Shown here piece by piece: positions 1 to 8,039 of a stretch of 45,126 nt of DNA. The DNA is from Paracoccaceae bacterium. GTDB taxonomy: Bacteria > Pseudomonadota > Alphaproteobacteria > Rhodobacterales > Rhodobacteraceae. The DNA is taken from assembly GCA_026982575.1 (NCBI GenBank), contig JALSGU010000291.1, positions 1 to 45,126 on the forward strand, given 5' to 3'. A program made the position numbers and the translations under genes. Under the pieces are notes generated by a model. That model was not told the DNA's origin, ran no database searches, and saw only the letters and a list, made by a program, of their open reading frames with translations. Each line of letters starts with the position of its first letter. Position 1 is the first letter of the stretch.

Positions 1-719
1 TGGGGCTGACCCAGATAACCCAAAAAGAGGTTATGATGGGAAGCATGAGAAAGAGTCGCCTAAGTCACTACAAGCAAGACCGCCTCACGGAGCATTTTGT
101 TTTGGGATAGACAGCGCGAACTGCCGCTAGCCTGTGTGGTGTGAACCGCAAAACCGCGGCTTTTTATTTTCGCCGCCTGCGCGAAATTATCGCCTATGAA
201 CTGGAGGCTAAAAGCGAAGCCATCTTTGGTGGTGAGATCAAGGTTGATGAAAGCTACTTTGGTGGTCGGCACAAAGGAAAGCGCGGGCGTGGTGCTGCGG
301 GAAAAATTCCTGTATTCGGCTTGTTAAAAAGGGGTGGAAAGGGCTACACGAAGATTATTCCGGATGCCTCATGGGCCACGCTTGTCCCGATTATCAAACG
401 TAAGGTCGTGCCCTGACAGCATCGTATATTCAGACTGCTGGAAAGGTTACAACGTGCTGGATGTGTCGGAATTTCACCACTTCCGCATCAACCATTCTAA
501 GCTATTCGCTGACCGCCATAACCATATCAATGGCATCGCGAATTTCTGGAGCCAAGCCAAGCGTCATATGCGTAAATTCAACGGTATCCCTCAGGCCCAG
601 TTCGGCCTATATTTGAAGGAATGTGAATGGCGTTTTAACAATAGTGAATCTTCAAGCCAGTTATTACTGCCAAGGCAATGGGTTAAGCGTCACTTGAAGT
701 AATTATCTGGGCAGCTCCA
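1..719 (+). mobile_element. IS1595-family insertion sequence (~0.72 kb), transposase inactivated
   Basis: Terminal inverted repeats: 1-17 TGGGGCTGACCCAGATAA versus the reverse complement of 703-719, TGGAGCTGCCCAGATAA (15/17). The interior is a single IS1595/ISXO2-like transposase frame. The element interrupts an IS5-family remnant on the other strand. Confidence 0.8.
45..702 (+). pseudogene. IS1595-family transposase, disrupted by an in-frame TAG at 108-110 and a 1-nt frameshift near 411-414
   Basis: Reads MRKSRLSHYKQDRLTEHFVLG-stop-TARTAASLCGVNRKTAAFYFRRLREII...GGEIKVDESYFGG...IIKRKVVP. It then continues in a shifted frame: DSIVYSDCWKGYNVLDVSEFHHFRINHSK...NHINGIANFW...KECEWRFNN. These are typical IS1595-family blocks split over ORFs 141-416 and 334-702. 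Confidence 0.85.
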
Positions 720-1014
720 TATTTTACCATAGATGATCTGACATTTCCGGTTTTTATTTGGCGGGATGCACAGCCAAATTCCTTTGCCGATCAACCCGTC
801 GCGAAACCAGTTGGCGTCATAGCCTTTGTCAGCCAGGAGAAATTTAGCAGCAGGCAGGTTGGGGGCCAGATTTCGCGCCCCGTCAAAGCCCGAAATCTGG
901 CCCGCCGTCAGGTGCAGGCGCACGGGGCGCATCCTTTACCATCGCAAACGGCGTGTAATTTGGAAATCAGCCCGTTTGGGAATCCTTAATATTAATAGGT
1001 CCTGACCCCAGGTT
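720..1014 (-). pseudogene. IS5-family transposase remnant (central to C-terminal part), 3' end cut by the IS1595 insertion
   Basis: The minus strand reads ...GLISKLHAVCDGKG, then after a frame change RPVRLHLTAGQISGFDGARNL...FLLADKGYDANWFRDGL...CIPPNKNRK (ORF 690-932). Similarity is lost at ~720, exactly at the IS1595 IRR. Confidence 0.7.
975..1014. repeat. ~39-nt direct repeat, copy 1 (internal segment of an IS5-family transposase gene)
   Basis: TTTGGGAATCCTTAATATTAATAGGTCCTGACCCCAGGTT. It matches 6765-6803 in the same orientation (about 33/39 by eye). A shorter relative lies at 6388-6415 and a degenerate one at 23528-23556. Confidence 0.75.
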
Positions 1015-1048
1015 GCTTTTGCCATATCTTTCCGGATTGTTTATGACT

Positions 1049-4000
1049 TTACCCATGGAAATCACCCTCAGCTATCTTGGCCTGCTTGCGTTCCTTGGCA
1101 AGGGTGCTTAACCCCATATCATCCAGAATGGCGTATATGGCCGGCAGTGCAAACAAAACCATCAACCCCGAGGTCATCAATCCAAAGGCCAGACTGGTCA
1201 CCAGCGGGATCAGAATCTGGGCCTGAAGGCTGGTTTCGGTCAGAATCGGTAATAACCCGACAATGGTGGTAACAGAGGTCAGGAATATCGCCCGAAATCG
1301 CGCCCGTGCTGCCCGGGTTACGGCAATCGCCACGGTTTTGGCCTCGCCATGTTCGCGTTTTACAAAATCGACCAGCAGGATCGAATTGTTTACCACAACC
1401 CCCGCCAGCGCCACAAATCCCAGCATAGAGGGCATGGAAAAATCCAGCCCCATAAACATATGCCCATAAATAGCACCGGATAAGGAAAGCGGAATAATCA
1501 GCATCACCACAATCGGCTCCACATAAGAGCGGAACATAAAGCTAAGCAATAAAAACACCCCGACCAGCCCGATTAAGAATCCTTTGAGCATGGATTTCTG
1601 GGTTTTTTCAGCCTCGGCCCGCTGACCCTCTACGTCCAGCGAGACACCGGGATAGCGTTCCAGCAGGTCCGGCATAAAGCGGCTTAAGGTGTCGCTGACA
1701 ATGGCGCTGGCATTGGCAATGCGGGTATCAATCGTGCCTTGTACGGTAACGGTCCGCATGCCGTTTTCGCGGTTGATGCGGCTATAACCCTGACCGATTT
1801 CGATTTTTGCAACCACGCTAAGCGGCACATAGCTGCCATCGGGGCGGGTGATGACAAAGTCATCAAATTGCGAAAGCGTGGCACCGTTGTCATCCGCCAG
1901 AAATGCCGTTACCTCTAGCAAATGGCCCTGCACCTGCATTTCGCTGACCCGGGTGCCAAAATAGGCAGCGCGCAACTGGTCGGCAACCATTGCGGCGGAT
2001 ATCCCCATCGGGGCGGCGGCATTGTTCAGGCGAATGCGCAATTCACGTTTGCCGGGGCGCAGATTATCCATCACCGAGGTTACCCCCTGATAGCTGCCGA
2101 TCCAGTGTTGCAATTCAAGCGCCGCTGATTTCAGGTCTTCCAGATCATCGCCTTTCAGGCGCAGGTCAATGGCAATACCGGCAGGACCAATGGTGGATTC
2201 AGCGTATTTCAGGCTGATTACATCGGGCAATTGCCCCACCGCATCGCGCCAATGGGCCATGATATCATCAGGTCGGCTGATCCGTTCTGCCGATGGCAGC
2301 AAATCAACGCTGACAGTGGCCACATGGGCACCGCTTTCGAATGCATCGCGGTTCACGCCGTAAAACACCGAAACATGGCGGATAAGCTCTGCGCCATTTG
2401 GCTGCAAGGGTGACAGCTCGGCATTGGTCTTGCGTAAACCTTCCTCTAGTTGCGCAACGATGGTTTCGGTGCGCGCCAGCGGTGTGCCCTGGGGTAATAA
2501 AATCCGTGCTACAATGGTATCGCCATCCAGCTCGGGAAAAGCCACAAACTTCAGTGACCCGCCGGTAAGCATTCCTATGGATGACAACATCAACGCCACC
2601 GCAAGCCCCGCGGTAACATAGCGAAACCGGACGGTCAGATCGACCAGCGGCCCTACCAGATGCTCGCGTGTCCAGAAAAGCGCACCGTTGACCATTGCCG
2701 GGATGCCCCTTGGTTTGTGGCGGTGTTCCAATGTATGGACCAGGTGGTGGGGCAAAATAAGAAATGCCTCGACCAGCGAAACCACCAGCACAAACAACAT
2801 CACCACCGGCACCACCCGCAATACCGCGCCCAGATCGCCGCTTAGAAATGCCAGAGACCCGAAAATCATGGCGGTGGTAGCAAAAGACGCAAGCACATTG
2901 GGAAATACCTGCGCAGCGCCTTCGCTGGCGGCTTGCAATGGTGTGCGGCCTTTTTCGCGCAGGCGGGCGATGTTTTCGGCAATAACAATCGCATCATCCA
3001 TCAACAGTCCGATCACGATCAACAGCCCCAGCGTGGTCATCAGGTTCAGCGAATATCCAGCCACCCACATGAGGAAAACGCCACCCATAAACGAAACCGG
3101 CAGCCCCATCGCCACCCAGAATGAAAACCGGAAACCGAAAAACGCCCAAAGCACCAGAAACACCAGCCCCAGCCCTTGCAGCCCGTTGATCACCACCAGT
3201 TCAAGACGTTCACGCACGACGGATGCCGCATCGGATGTGATTTCCAGTGTGATGCCTTTTGGTGCTTGCTGGCGTTCATATTCCAGAAAATCCCTGATGG
3301 TATCAATGACGGTCAGGGCGTCATCCGCGCGGGTCTTACTGATATCAAGCACCGCCGCCAATTCGCCGTTAAAGGTTATCCGGTCGTCATCCTGGGCAAA
3401 ACCTTCGGTGATTTGCGCAATCTCGCCCAATCGCACCTGCCCGCCATCCGGTGCAGAACGGATCACCAGATCTGCCAGGCTGTCAACGGTCTGGCGTTCT
3501 TCGGCAACCCGCACCAGCAGGGTTTCATCCATGGTTTCCAGACTTCCCGATGGCAGGTCAAGACTGGCGGTCTGGATGGCGCGCGCCACATCCGACACCG
3601 ACAGGCCCAGTTTTCGCAGGGCCTCAACGTTTAATCCGATGCGTAATTCACGGGTTGAAAACCCCTTGATGTCTACAATCGGAATCCCGCTCCAGCGCAA
3701 CATGCGGGTGCGGACATCCTCGGCGTAATCCTTTAGATCAATGCGGGTCGCGGGGCCGGTGATGGATACCGAAGCCACAAAATCCGTCAGCCCCAGCGGC
3801 TTGACCCGCAGGGTTTCGGCGCGATCGGGGAAATCGGTGATTGCCTCGACCTGGGATTTTACATCTGCCACAAATGCCTGAAAATCGTCGCCCTCGTTCA
3901 TTTGGGCCACAGCCCTGCCAAGCCCCTCCAGCGCTTCGCAAGATTGGGTATCAAGGCTGGTTACCTCGCCCAAGGCGTCTTCGATGCGTTCACAGATTGC

Positions 4001-4177
4001 GGTTTCCACGTCTTCGGGGCGGGCGCCGGGATAAGGTACGGTGATTTCCACACGGCTGGGGCTGGCACGCGGAAAGGTTTCGCGCAGTAATTGTGGCCCG
4101 ACCGCAATGCCGGATAGCAACAACAAGATCATTATCAGGTTGGAAATGGTTGGGTGGGCTGTAAAAAACCGGATCAT
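1049..4177 (-). CDS. RND (AcrB/HAE1-type) efflux transporter, inner-membrane permease
   Basis: 1042 aa with AcrB-like size and layout: an N-terminal TM helix, two large periplasmic loops and repeated hydrophobic 6-TM blocks. The ATG at 4177 directly abuts the stop of the upstream adaptor gene. Confidence 0.9.
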   Translation of the reverse strand: MIRFFTAHPTISNLIMILLLLSGIAVGPQLLRETFPRASPSRVEITVPYPGARPEDVETAICERIEDALGEVTSLDTQSCEALEGLGRAVAQMNEGDDFQAFVADVKSQVEAITDFPDRAETLRVKPLGLTDFVASVSITGPATRIDLKDYAEDVRTRMLRWSGIPIVDIKGFSTRELRIGLNVEALRKLGLSVSDVARAIQTASLDLPSGSLETMDETLLVRVAEERQTVDSLADLVIRSAPDGGQVRLGEIAQITEGFAQDDDRITFNGELAAVLDISKTRADDALTVIDTIRDFLEYERQQAPKGITLEITSDAASVVRERLELVVINGLQGLGLVFLVLWAFFGFRFSFWVAMGLPVSFMGGVFLMWVAGYSLNLMTTLGLLIVIGLLMDDAIVIAENIARLREKGRTPLQAASEGAAQVFPNVLASFATTAMIFGSLAFLSGDLGAVLRVVPVVMLFVLVVSLVEAFLILPHHLVHTLEHRHKPRGIPAMVNGALFWTREHLVGPLVDLTVRFRYVTAGLAVALMLSSIGMLTGGSLKFVAFPELDGDTIVARILLPQGTPLARTETIVAQLEEGLRKTNAELSPLQPNGAELIRHVSVFYGVNRDAFESGAHVATVSVDLLPSAERISRPDDIMAHWRDAVGQLPDVISLKYAESTIGPAGIAIDLRLKGDDLEDLKSAALELQHWIGSYQGVTSVMDNLRPGKRELRIRLNNAAAPMGISAAMVADQLRAAYFGTRVSEMQVQGHLLEVTAFLADDNGATLSQFDDFVITRPDGSYVPLSVVAKIEIGQGYSRINRENGMRTVTVQGTIDTRIANASAIVSDTLSRFMPDLLERYPGVSLDVEGQRAEAEKTQKSMLKGFLIGLVGVFLLLSFMFRSYVEPIVVMLIIPLSLSGAIYGHMFMGLDFSMPSMLGFVALAGVVVNNSILLVDFVKREHGEAKTVAIAVTRAARARFRAIFLTSVTTIVGLLPILTETSLQAQILIPLVTSLAFGLMTSGLMVLFALPAIYAILDDMGLSTLAKERKQAKIAEGDFHG

Positions 4178-5533
4178 CTAGCGGCCTCCCATGCCCAGAA
4201 TGCCCTGGGTAAGTTCCGCATCGTTATGCAGTTCCAGCAACATGCCTTCGATGATCGGCACCGGGGTGCTGACAATTATCTTGTCACCCGCTGCAATGCC
4301 CTTTGTAATGATCGCCAGCCGGTCGCGGTAAAAAGATACGGTTACCGGAACCAGCCGCAACCGGTTTTCGGCATCTGCCAGCATGATTTTGCCACCACGC
4401 AATGCACTGCGTGGCACAGCAATACCATTGACCGGTTCGGCCAAAAGCACCGCCTCGACAAACATGCCTTTGGTCAGCGGCGGGCGGCTGCCCAGTTCGG
4501 CGCTATTATACGCATCGTCAACCCGTAGGAAAACACCCATAGTTCCGGTGTTCTGGTTGATGGTATTGCTGATCCGGTCAAGGGTTGCGGGCCAGATAAC
4601 ATCTTCATTTCCCAGCTTTAATACCACGTCGGCGCTGATTGAAATATCCCCCAAAAGCTGGTTAAGCGCTGAATCTTCCAGCGGTATTCCAGCCGATTCG
4701 GCACCATATTGGCTAAACAGAACCTGCATGTCCGATGCGGAAATCTGGGCTTCGACCTCGGCCGCGTCTATGCCGTCAAAACCGGCAATGGTCTGGCCGC
4801 TGCGCACCAATTGCCCGATCTGGATTGTAACCGTGCCAACCCGCGCAGCAAAGGGCAAGCGCAATTCGGTGCGCGCCAAATTCAATTCCGCGGTTTCAAG
4901 CGTGGCCTGATGTACGGCAATGGTTTCGGTTTGCACGCGCCGCTGGGTAGGCAGCAATGCCAGTGAGTTTTGCAACCCCTGCACCTTTTGGCGCTGGGCC
5001 AGATAGGCTGAATTCACCGCATCCAGTGCTGCTTGTGATGCGGCACCCGACGCACTTAGCTGGCGCAAACGCTCCAGTTCACGTTCTTTTAACACAAGGC
5101 TTTCCTGTTCGATTTCAAGGCTGGCCAAAAGATTGGATTCAGAGACTTCGATTTCGGCCAAACGTGCCTGAACCGCCCGAATATTGGCCCGCGCCTGCGC
5201 CGCCGCCAATTTGTAATCGCTGTCAGACAGGCGGACCAGCACCGCATCTGCCGGCAGAATTTCGCCACGCTTTAACATCGGGTTTACATATTCAACCGTG
5301 CCGGTGACCTGTGCGATGGCCTCATAGCTGCGCGCCGGGGCAATCACCCCGAACCCGCTGGCGCGCGGCGAAATATCGGTTGCGCTGGCGGTAACAAATC
5401 GCACAGCAATCGCGCGTTCGGCAATTTCGGTCTGGGCCGGTTCGGGTTTGGTGGCAATTGTATAGGCCACAAACCCGACCCCCATTGCAATAAACGGCAC
5501 TGTCATCAGCACAATTTTGAAAATGACTTTCAT
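4178..5533 (-). CDS. Efflux RND periplasmic adaptor (HlyD/MFP family)
   Basis: 451 aa with an N-terminal membrane anchor, a long coiled-coil (…AAAQARANIRAVQARLAEIEVSE…) and barrel-sandwich/beta-barrel regions. It lies immediately upstream of the RND gene. Its ATG overlaps the tetR stop (ATGA). Confidence 0.85.
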   Translation of the reverse strand: MKVIFKIVLMTVPFIAMGVGFVAYTIATKPEPAQTEIAERAIAVRFVTASATDISPRASGFGVIAPARSYEAIAQVTGTVEYVNPMLKRGEILPADAVLVRLSDSDYKLAAAQARANIRAVQARLAEIEVSESNLLASLEIEQESLVLKERELERLRQLSASGAASQAALDAVNSAYLAQRQKVQGLQNSLALLPTQRRVQTETIAVHQATLETAELNLARTELRLPFAARVGTVTIQIGQLVRSGQTIAGFDGIDAAEVEAQISASDMQVLFSQYGAESAGIPLEDSALNQLLGDISISADVVLKLGNEDVIWPATLDRISNTINQNTGTMGVFLRVDDAYNSAELGSRPPLTKGMFVEAVLLAEPVNGIAVPRSALRGGKIMLADAENRLRLVPVTVSFYRDRLAIITKGIAAGDKIIVSTPVPIIEGMLLELHNDAELTQGILGMGGR

Positions 5534-6144
5534 GATATTTCTCCTTTGCGGATAAATCCGGCAAGTAATAAATCCAGTAATCTCGGCCCGTCTTTTAGCA
5601 ATATGCCACGGTCACCTTTAACAATCATTCGTAAAATCAGGCTTTGAATGATGCCGAAAATCAACAAAGCCGCATCTTGCGGGTTCAGGGTATCGTTAAA
5701 TACCTTGTTTTTGATCGCGCGGCGTACATTCTTTTCCAATTCGCGCTGAAATCCTGCCATTGCGGGTTGAATCTGTCCTCGGAAAACCGTCTGGCCGTGG
5801 CTGTCGACCCGCATTGTCATTAATTCAGGCAGGGCAGGGTTTTGAAAAACCAGATCAAGATGGGCTGATACTAGTTGTTTTAAGGTCGCAACCGGTTCCA
5901 GGTTGGCCTGCGCTGCGTGGGTGACGTTATCGCTGATTTTTCCGGCAAGCTGTTTGGAAACTTCCCTCCAAATATCCTGTTTGGTTGGGAAATGTTTGTA
6001 AATTGCAGGTTGGGTCAAGCCAAGCCGGTTTGCAATCATTCCTGTGGACACCATTTCCGGTGCGTGAATATATGCCAGCTCCAGCGCGGCTTGTCCGATT
6101 TCCAGCTTGCGCCTTTCGCCAGTTATTCGTTTGGTCAATGTCAT
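5530..6144 (-). CDS. TetR/AcrR-family transcriptional regulator
   Basis: 204 aa. The N-terminal HTH, …VSTGMIANRLGLTQPAIYKHFPTKQDIW…, is the canonical TetR signature. It is the first gene of the efflux operon. Confidence 0.9.
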   Translation of the reverse strand: MTLTKRITGERRKLEIGQAALELAYIHAPEMVSTGMIANRLGLTQPAIYKHFPTKQDIWREVSKQLAGKISDNVTHAAQANLEPVATLKQLVSAHLDLVFQNPALPELMTMRVDSHGQTVFRGQIQPAMAGFQRELEKNVRRAIKNKVFNDTLNPQDAALLIFGIIQSLILRMIVKGDRGILLKDGPRLLDLLLAGFIRKGEIS

Positions 6145-6229
6145 CGGTGCCCCCGGCGCAACAATCCGGTCACAGGTTCAAGCTGCCTCGCCAAATGGGT
6201 TGATTTTGTAATTTGTGCCAAAAAACTAT

Positions 6230-6245
6230 CCTAATGCAAATTAGG
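6230..6245. promoter_or_regulatory. 6-4-6 palindrome, candidate TetR operator
   Basis: CCTAAT-GCAA-ATTAGG lies ~90 nt upstream of the tetR start, in the only ~100 nt of unique non-coding DNA before the IS remnant. Confidence 0.3.
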
Positions 6246-6387
6246 TTATTGATCTATAACTATCTGGCCGGCTGTCAAGTAGGCGAGGCATCAGATATAC
6301 GATAAAACCGGTACTCACTGTGACCGCACCATCGCAGACAGCACACTATCTGATCTGGGTATCGCGCCCGGATCACGCCGCCCCCTG

Positions 6388-6415
6388 TTTGGGAGCAATA
6401 GGTCCTGGCCCTGGT
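6388..6415. repeat. Short relative of the 39-nt repeat, inside the 6250-6723 remnant
   Basis: TTTGGGAGCAATAGGTCCTGGCCCTGGT shares the TTTGGGA…AATAGGTCCTG.CC core with 975-1014, without the AT-rich ~12-nt insert. Confidence 0.6.
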
Positions 6416-6625
6416 TCTTAAAATTCCAGGATGTCAGGCCTTCAATGTCACTTTGTTTGTGCCCGTTGACGATGGCGGTAAGGATGCCGCACGCCTACAT
6501 CGGCATAATGTGGTTGTCATCCGGTGATGTGGCGGGTATTCTGAGAGCCAACCCCGCCATTGCAACTTGCGCTTCAGCACATGGTAATGCTGCTGGATAC
6601 GCGTCGATTGTTAACCCGAGGCACC

Positions 6626-6679
6626 TCGCGCGAGCACGGAAAATAGGGGTTCTCGTGCGAGCACGGAAAATAGGGGTTA
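6626..6679. repeat. 27-bp tandem duplication (2 units) within the IS5-family pseudogene
   Basis: TCGCGCGAGCACGGAAAATAGGGGTTC followed by TCGTGCGAGCACGGAAAATAGGGGTTA (25/27). It is in frame and duplicates the 9 residues NPYFPCS(H/R)E. Confidence 0.9.
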
Positions 6680-6764
6680 ATGCGTTCAAGATGCGTTCCT
6701 GAAAGCCAATAACGATCTGACATGGGCAGGCCCTCCTGCGTTCATTGAATCAGACGTTAGGTCA

Positions 6765-6880
6765 TTTGGGAATCCCGGGTATTAATAGATCCTGACCCTG
6801 GGTATGCCCCCTGCGGAGGTGGGCGCGGCCAGCATCGCGCTGATTAATGCGGCCTTGAGTGTATGTTTTTTGATCCCCTT
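6765..6880 (-). pseudogene. Short IS5-family transposase fragment (about codons 85-118), ending in copy 2 of the 39-nt repeat (6765-6803)
   Basis: Minus-strand frames give …LISAMLA/RAHLRRG…GQDLLIPGIPK, which resembles the MIDAT.LKAHRTA…KKGG… block of IS5-family transposases. 6765-6803 reads TTTGGGAATCCCGGGTATTAATAGATCCTGACCCTGGGT. Confidence 0.4.
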
Positions 6881-6907
6881 TTCTATGGAGGCAGGGTAAT
6901 ATAATAC

Positions 6908-6934
6908 ACACAAAAGGTGGTAACAGTTTTGTGT
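6908..6934 (-). terminator. Hairpin downstream of moaA, candidate intrinsic terminator
   Basis: ACACAAAA-N11-TTTTGTGT forms a perfect 8-bp stem directly after the moaA stop. It is followed on the minus strand by the T/A-rich GTATTATATT. Confidence 0.45.
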
Positions 6935-7947
6935 TATCCGCCGGTATGGCTCATGTGGCGCGACATTTCGCCGACAATTTTTTGGCGGGAATAGTCAAAA
7001 TCATGGCCTTTGGGTTTATGTTCAATGGCTTTGCGAATGGCGGCATGTAGGGGCGCATCAGTGGTCAGGTTATCGCGCATTACCGCGCGCAGGTCGGATT
7101 CGTCTTCCTGACCCAGGCACATGAATAACTGGCCGGTGCAGGTCAGCCGCACGCGGTTGCAACTTTCGCAAAAATTATGGGTCAGGGGGGTGATAAACCC
7201 GATCCGGCCACCGGTTTCTTTCACCCGAACATAGGTGGCAGGGCCGCCGGTATTCAGCGGAATATCGGATAAGGTCCAGCGGCTGGCCAGCTCAGTGCGC
7301 ACATCCGACAGGGGCCAATACTGATCCAGCCGGTTATCATCGCCCATATCGCCCATGGGCATGACCTCGATAATGGTCAGATCAAAACCGCGTGTCCCGC
7401 ACCAAGCCACCATATCATGAATTTCATCATCATTGGTGCCTTTTAATGCCACTGCATTGATCTTGATCGCCAGCCCTGCTTTTTGGGCGGCATCGATACC
7501 GTCCATTACCTGGCCGAACCGCCCCCAGCGGGTGATTTTTGCAAATTTTGCATCATTCAGGGTATCCAGCGACACATTCACCCGCCGCACCCCCGCATCC
7601 CATAGGGGTTGGGAAAATTTTCCCAGTTGAGATCCGTTTGTGGTCAGGGTCAATTCACGCAAGGCCCCCGATGCCAGATGGCGGGACATTTTGTCAAAAA
7701 ACGTCATGATGCCTTTGCGCACAAGGGGTTCGCCACCGGTGATCCGCAGCTTTTTCACACCGAGATCAACAAATGCGGAACACATGCGGTCCAGTTCTTC
7801 CAGCGATAACAATTCTTTTTTGGGCAGAAAAGTCATGTTTTCGGACATGCAATAATAACAGCGAAAATCGCAGCGGTCGGTAACAGAAACCCGCAGGTAA
7901 TCCACGGTGCGGTTAAACGGGTCAATCAGGCTTGGAATCTGGGTCAT
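6934..7947 (-). CDS. moaA: GTP 3',8-cyclase MoaA (molybdenum cofactor biosynthesis, radical SAM)
   Basis: 337 aa with the radical-SAM cluster motif CDFRCYYCM near the N-terminus, a C-terminal [13 protein letters not shown] cluster motif and a C-terminal GG tail. Confidence 0.93.
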   Translation of the reverse strand: MTQIPSLIDPFNRTVDYLRVSVTDRCDFRCYYCMSENMTFLPKKELLSLEELDRMCSAFVDLGVKKLRITGGEPLVRKGIMTFFDKMSRHLASGALRELTLTTNGSQLGKFSQPLWDAGVRRVNVSLDTLNDAKFAKITRWGRFGQVMDGIDAAQKAGLAIKINAVALKGTNDDEIHDMVAWCGTRGFDLTIIEVMPMGDMGDDNRLDQYWPLSDVRTELASRWTLSDIPLNTGGPATYVRVKETGGRIGFITPLTHNFCESCNRVRLTCTGQLFMCLGQEDESDLRAVMRDNLTTDAPLHAAIRKAIEHKPKGHDFDYSRQKIVGEMSRHMSHTGG

Positions 7948-8039
7948 TTGATGAACTTATGCCTGCTGCGGGGTAAGGGCAAGTAAATTGCTTGGCAATG
8001 TAAATTTCACCGCTATGGTGTGCGGGAAAAGAGGAAAAT

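Larger units (their letters stand above)
6250..6723 (-). pseudogene. IS5-family transposase remnant (N-terminal ~150 codons), multiply disrupted
   Basis: From the ATG at 6723 the minus strand reads MSDRYWLSGTHLERINPYFPCS...PRVNNRRV, then stops. Shifted frames continue with …LQWRGWLSEYPPHH…, …CAVCDG… and …YLTAGQI… down to ~6250. It carries a 27-bp tandem duplication. It is only ~55-60% identical to the 720-1014 remnant over their shared part, so it is a different IS copy or type. Confidence 0.7.

Noticed and set aside
45-702. Programmed frameshift as an explanation for the two-frame IS1595 transposase.
   Set aside because: IS1595-family transposases are single-ORF proteins. This copy also has an in-frame TAG at 108-110. 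The frame change is a simple 1-nt insertion in a C run, so decay is the better reading.
2688-3728. Long antisense ORFs inside well-supported genes. Examples: 2688-3728 opposite the RND gene, 10097-10864 opposite phosphomannomutase, 24382-25233 opposite groEL, 35403-36047 opposite narK1/narK2, 37804-38655 and 39658-40611 opposite narG, and 17012-17656 opposite the GT61 gene.
   Set aside because: Each is fully shadowed by a gene with strong family motifs on the other strand. Their translations are low-complexity (R/A/P/G/S-rich) with no recognisable motifs. This is the typical open antisense frame seen opposite strongly codon-biased genes.
6934-7947. A functional link between moaA here and the nar operon 30 kb away, forming a Moco-nitrate reductase island.
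   Set aside because: The two are separated by about 26 kb of unrelated housekeeping genes. No other moa/moe/mob genes are nearby. The adjacency is too loose to claim more than coincidence.
7948-8039. Possible Moco riboswitch upstream of moaA.
   Set aside because: Only ~90 nt are available, and they are shared with the divergent ligase promoter. I could not find the conserved Moco-motif stems or sequence blocks. The region is AT-rich and promoter-like.
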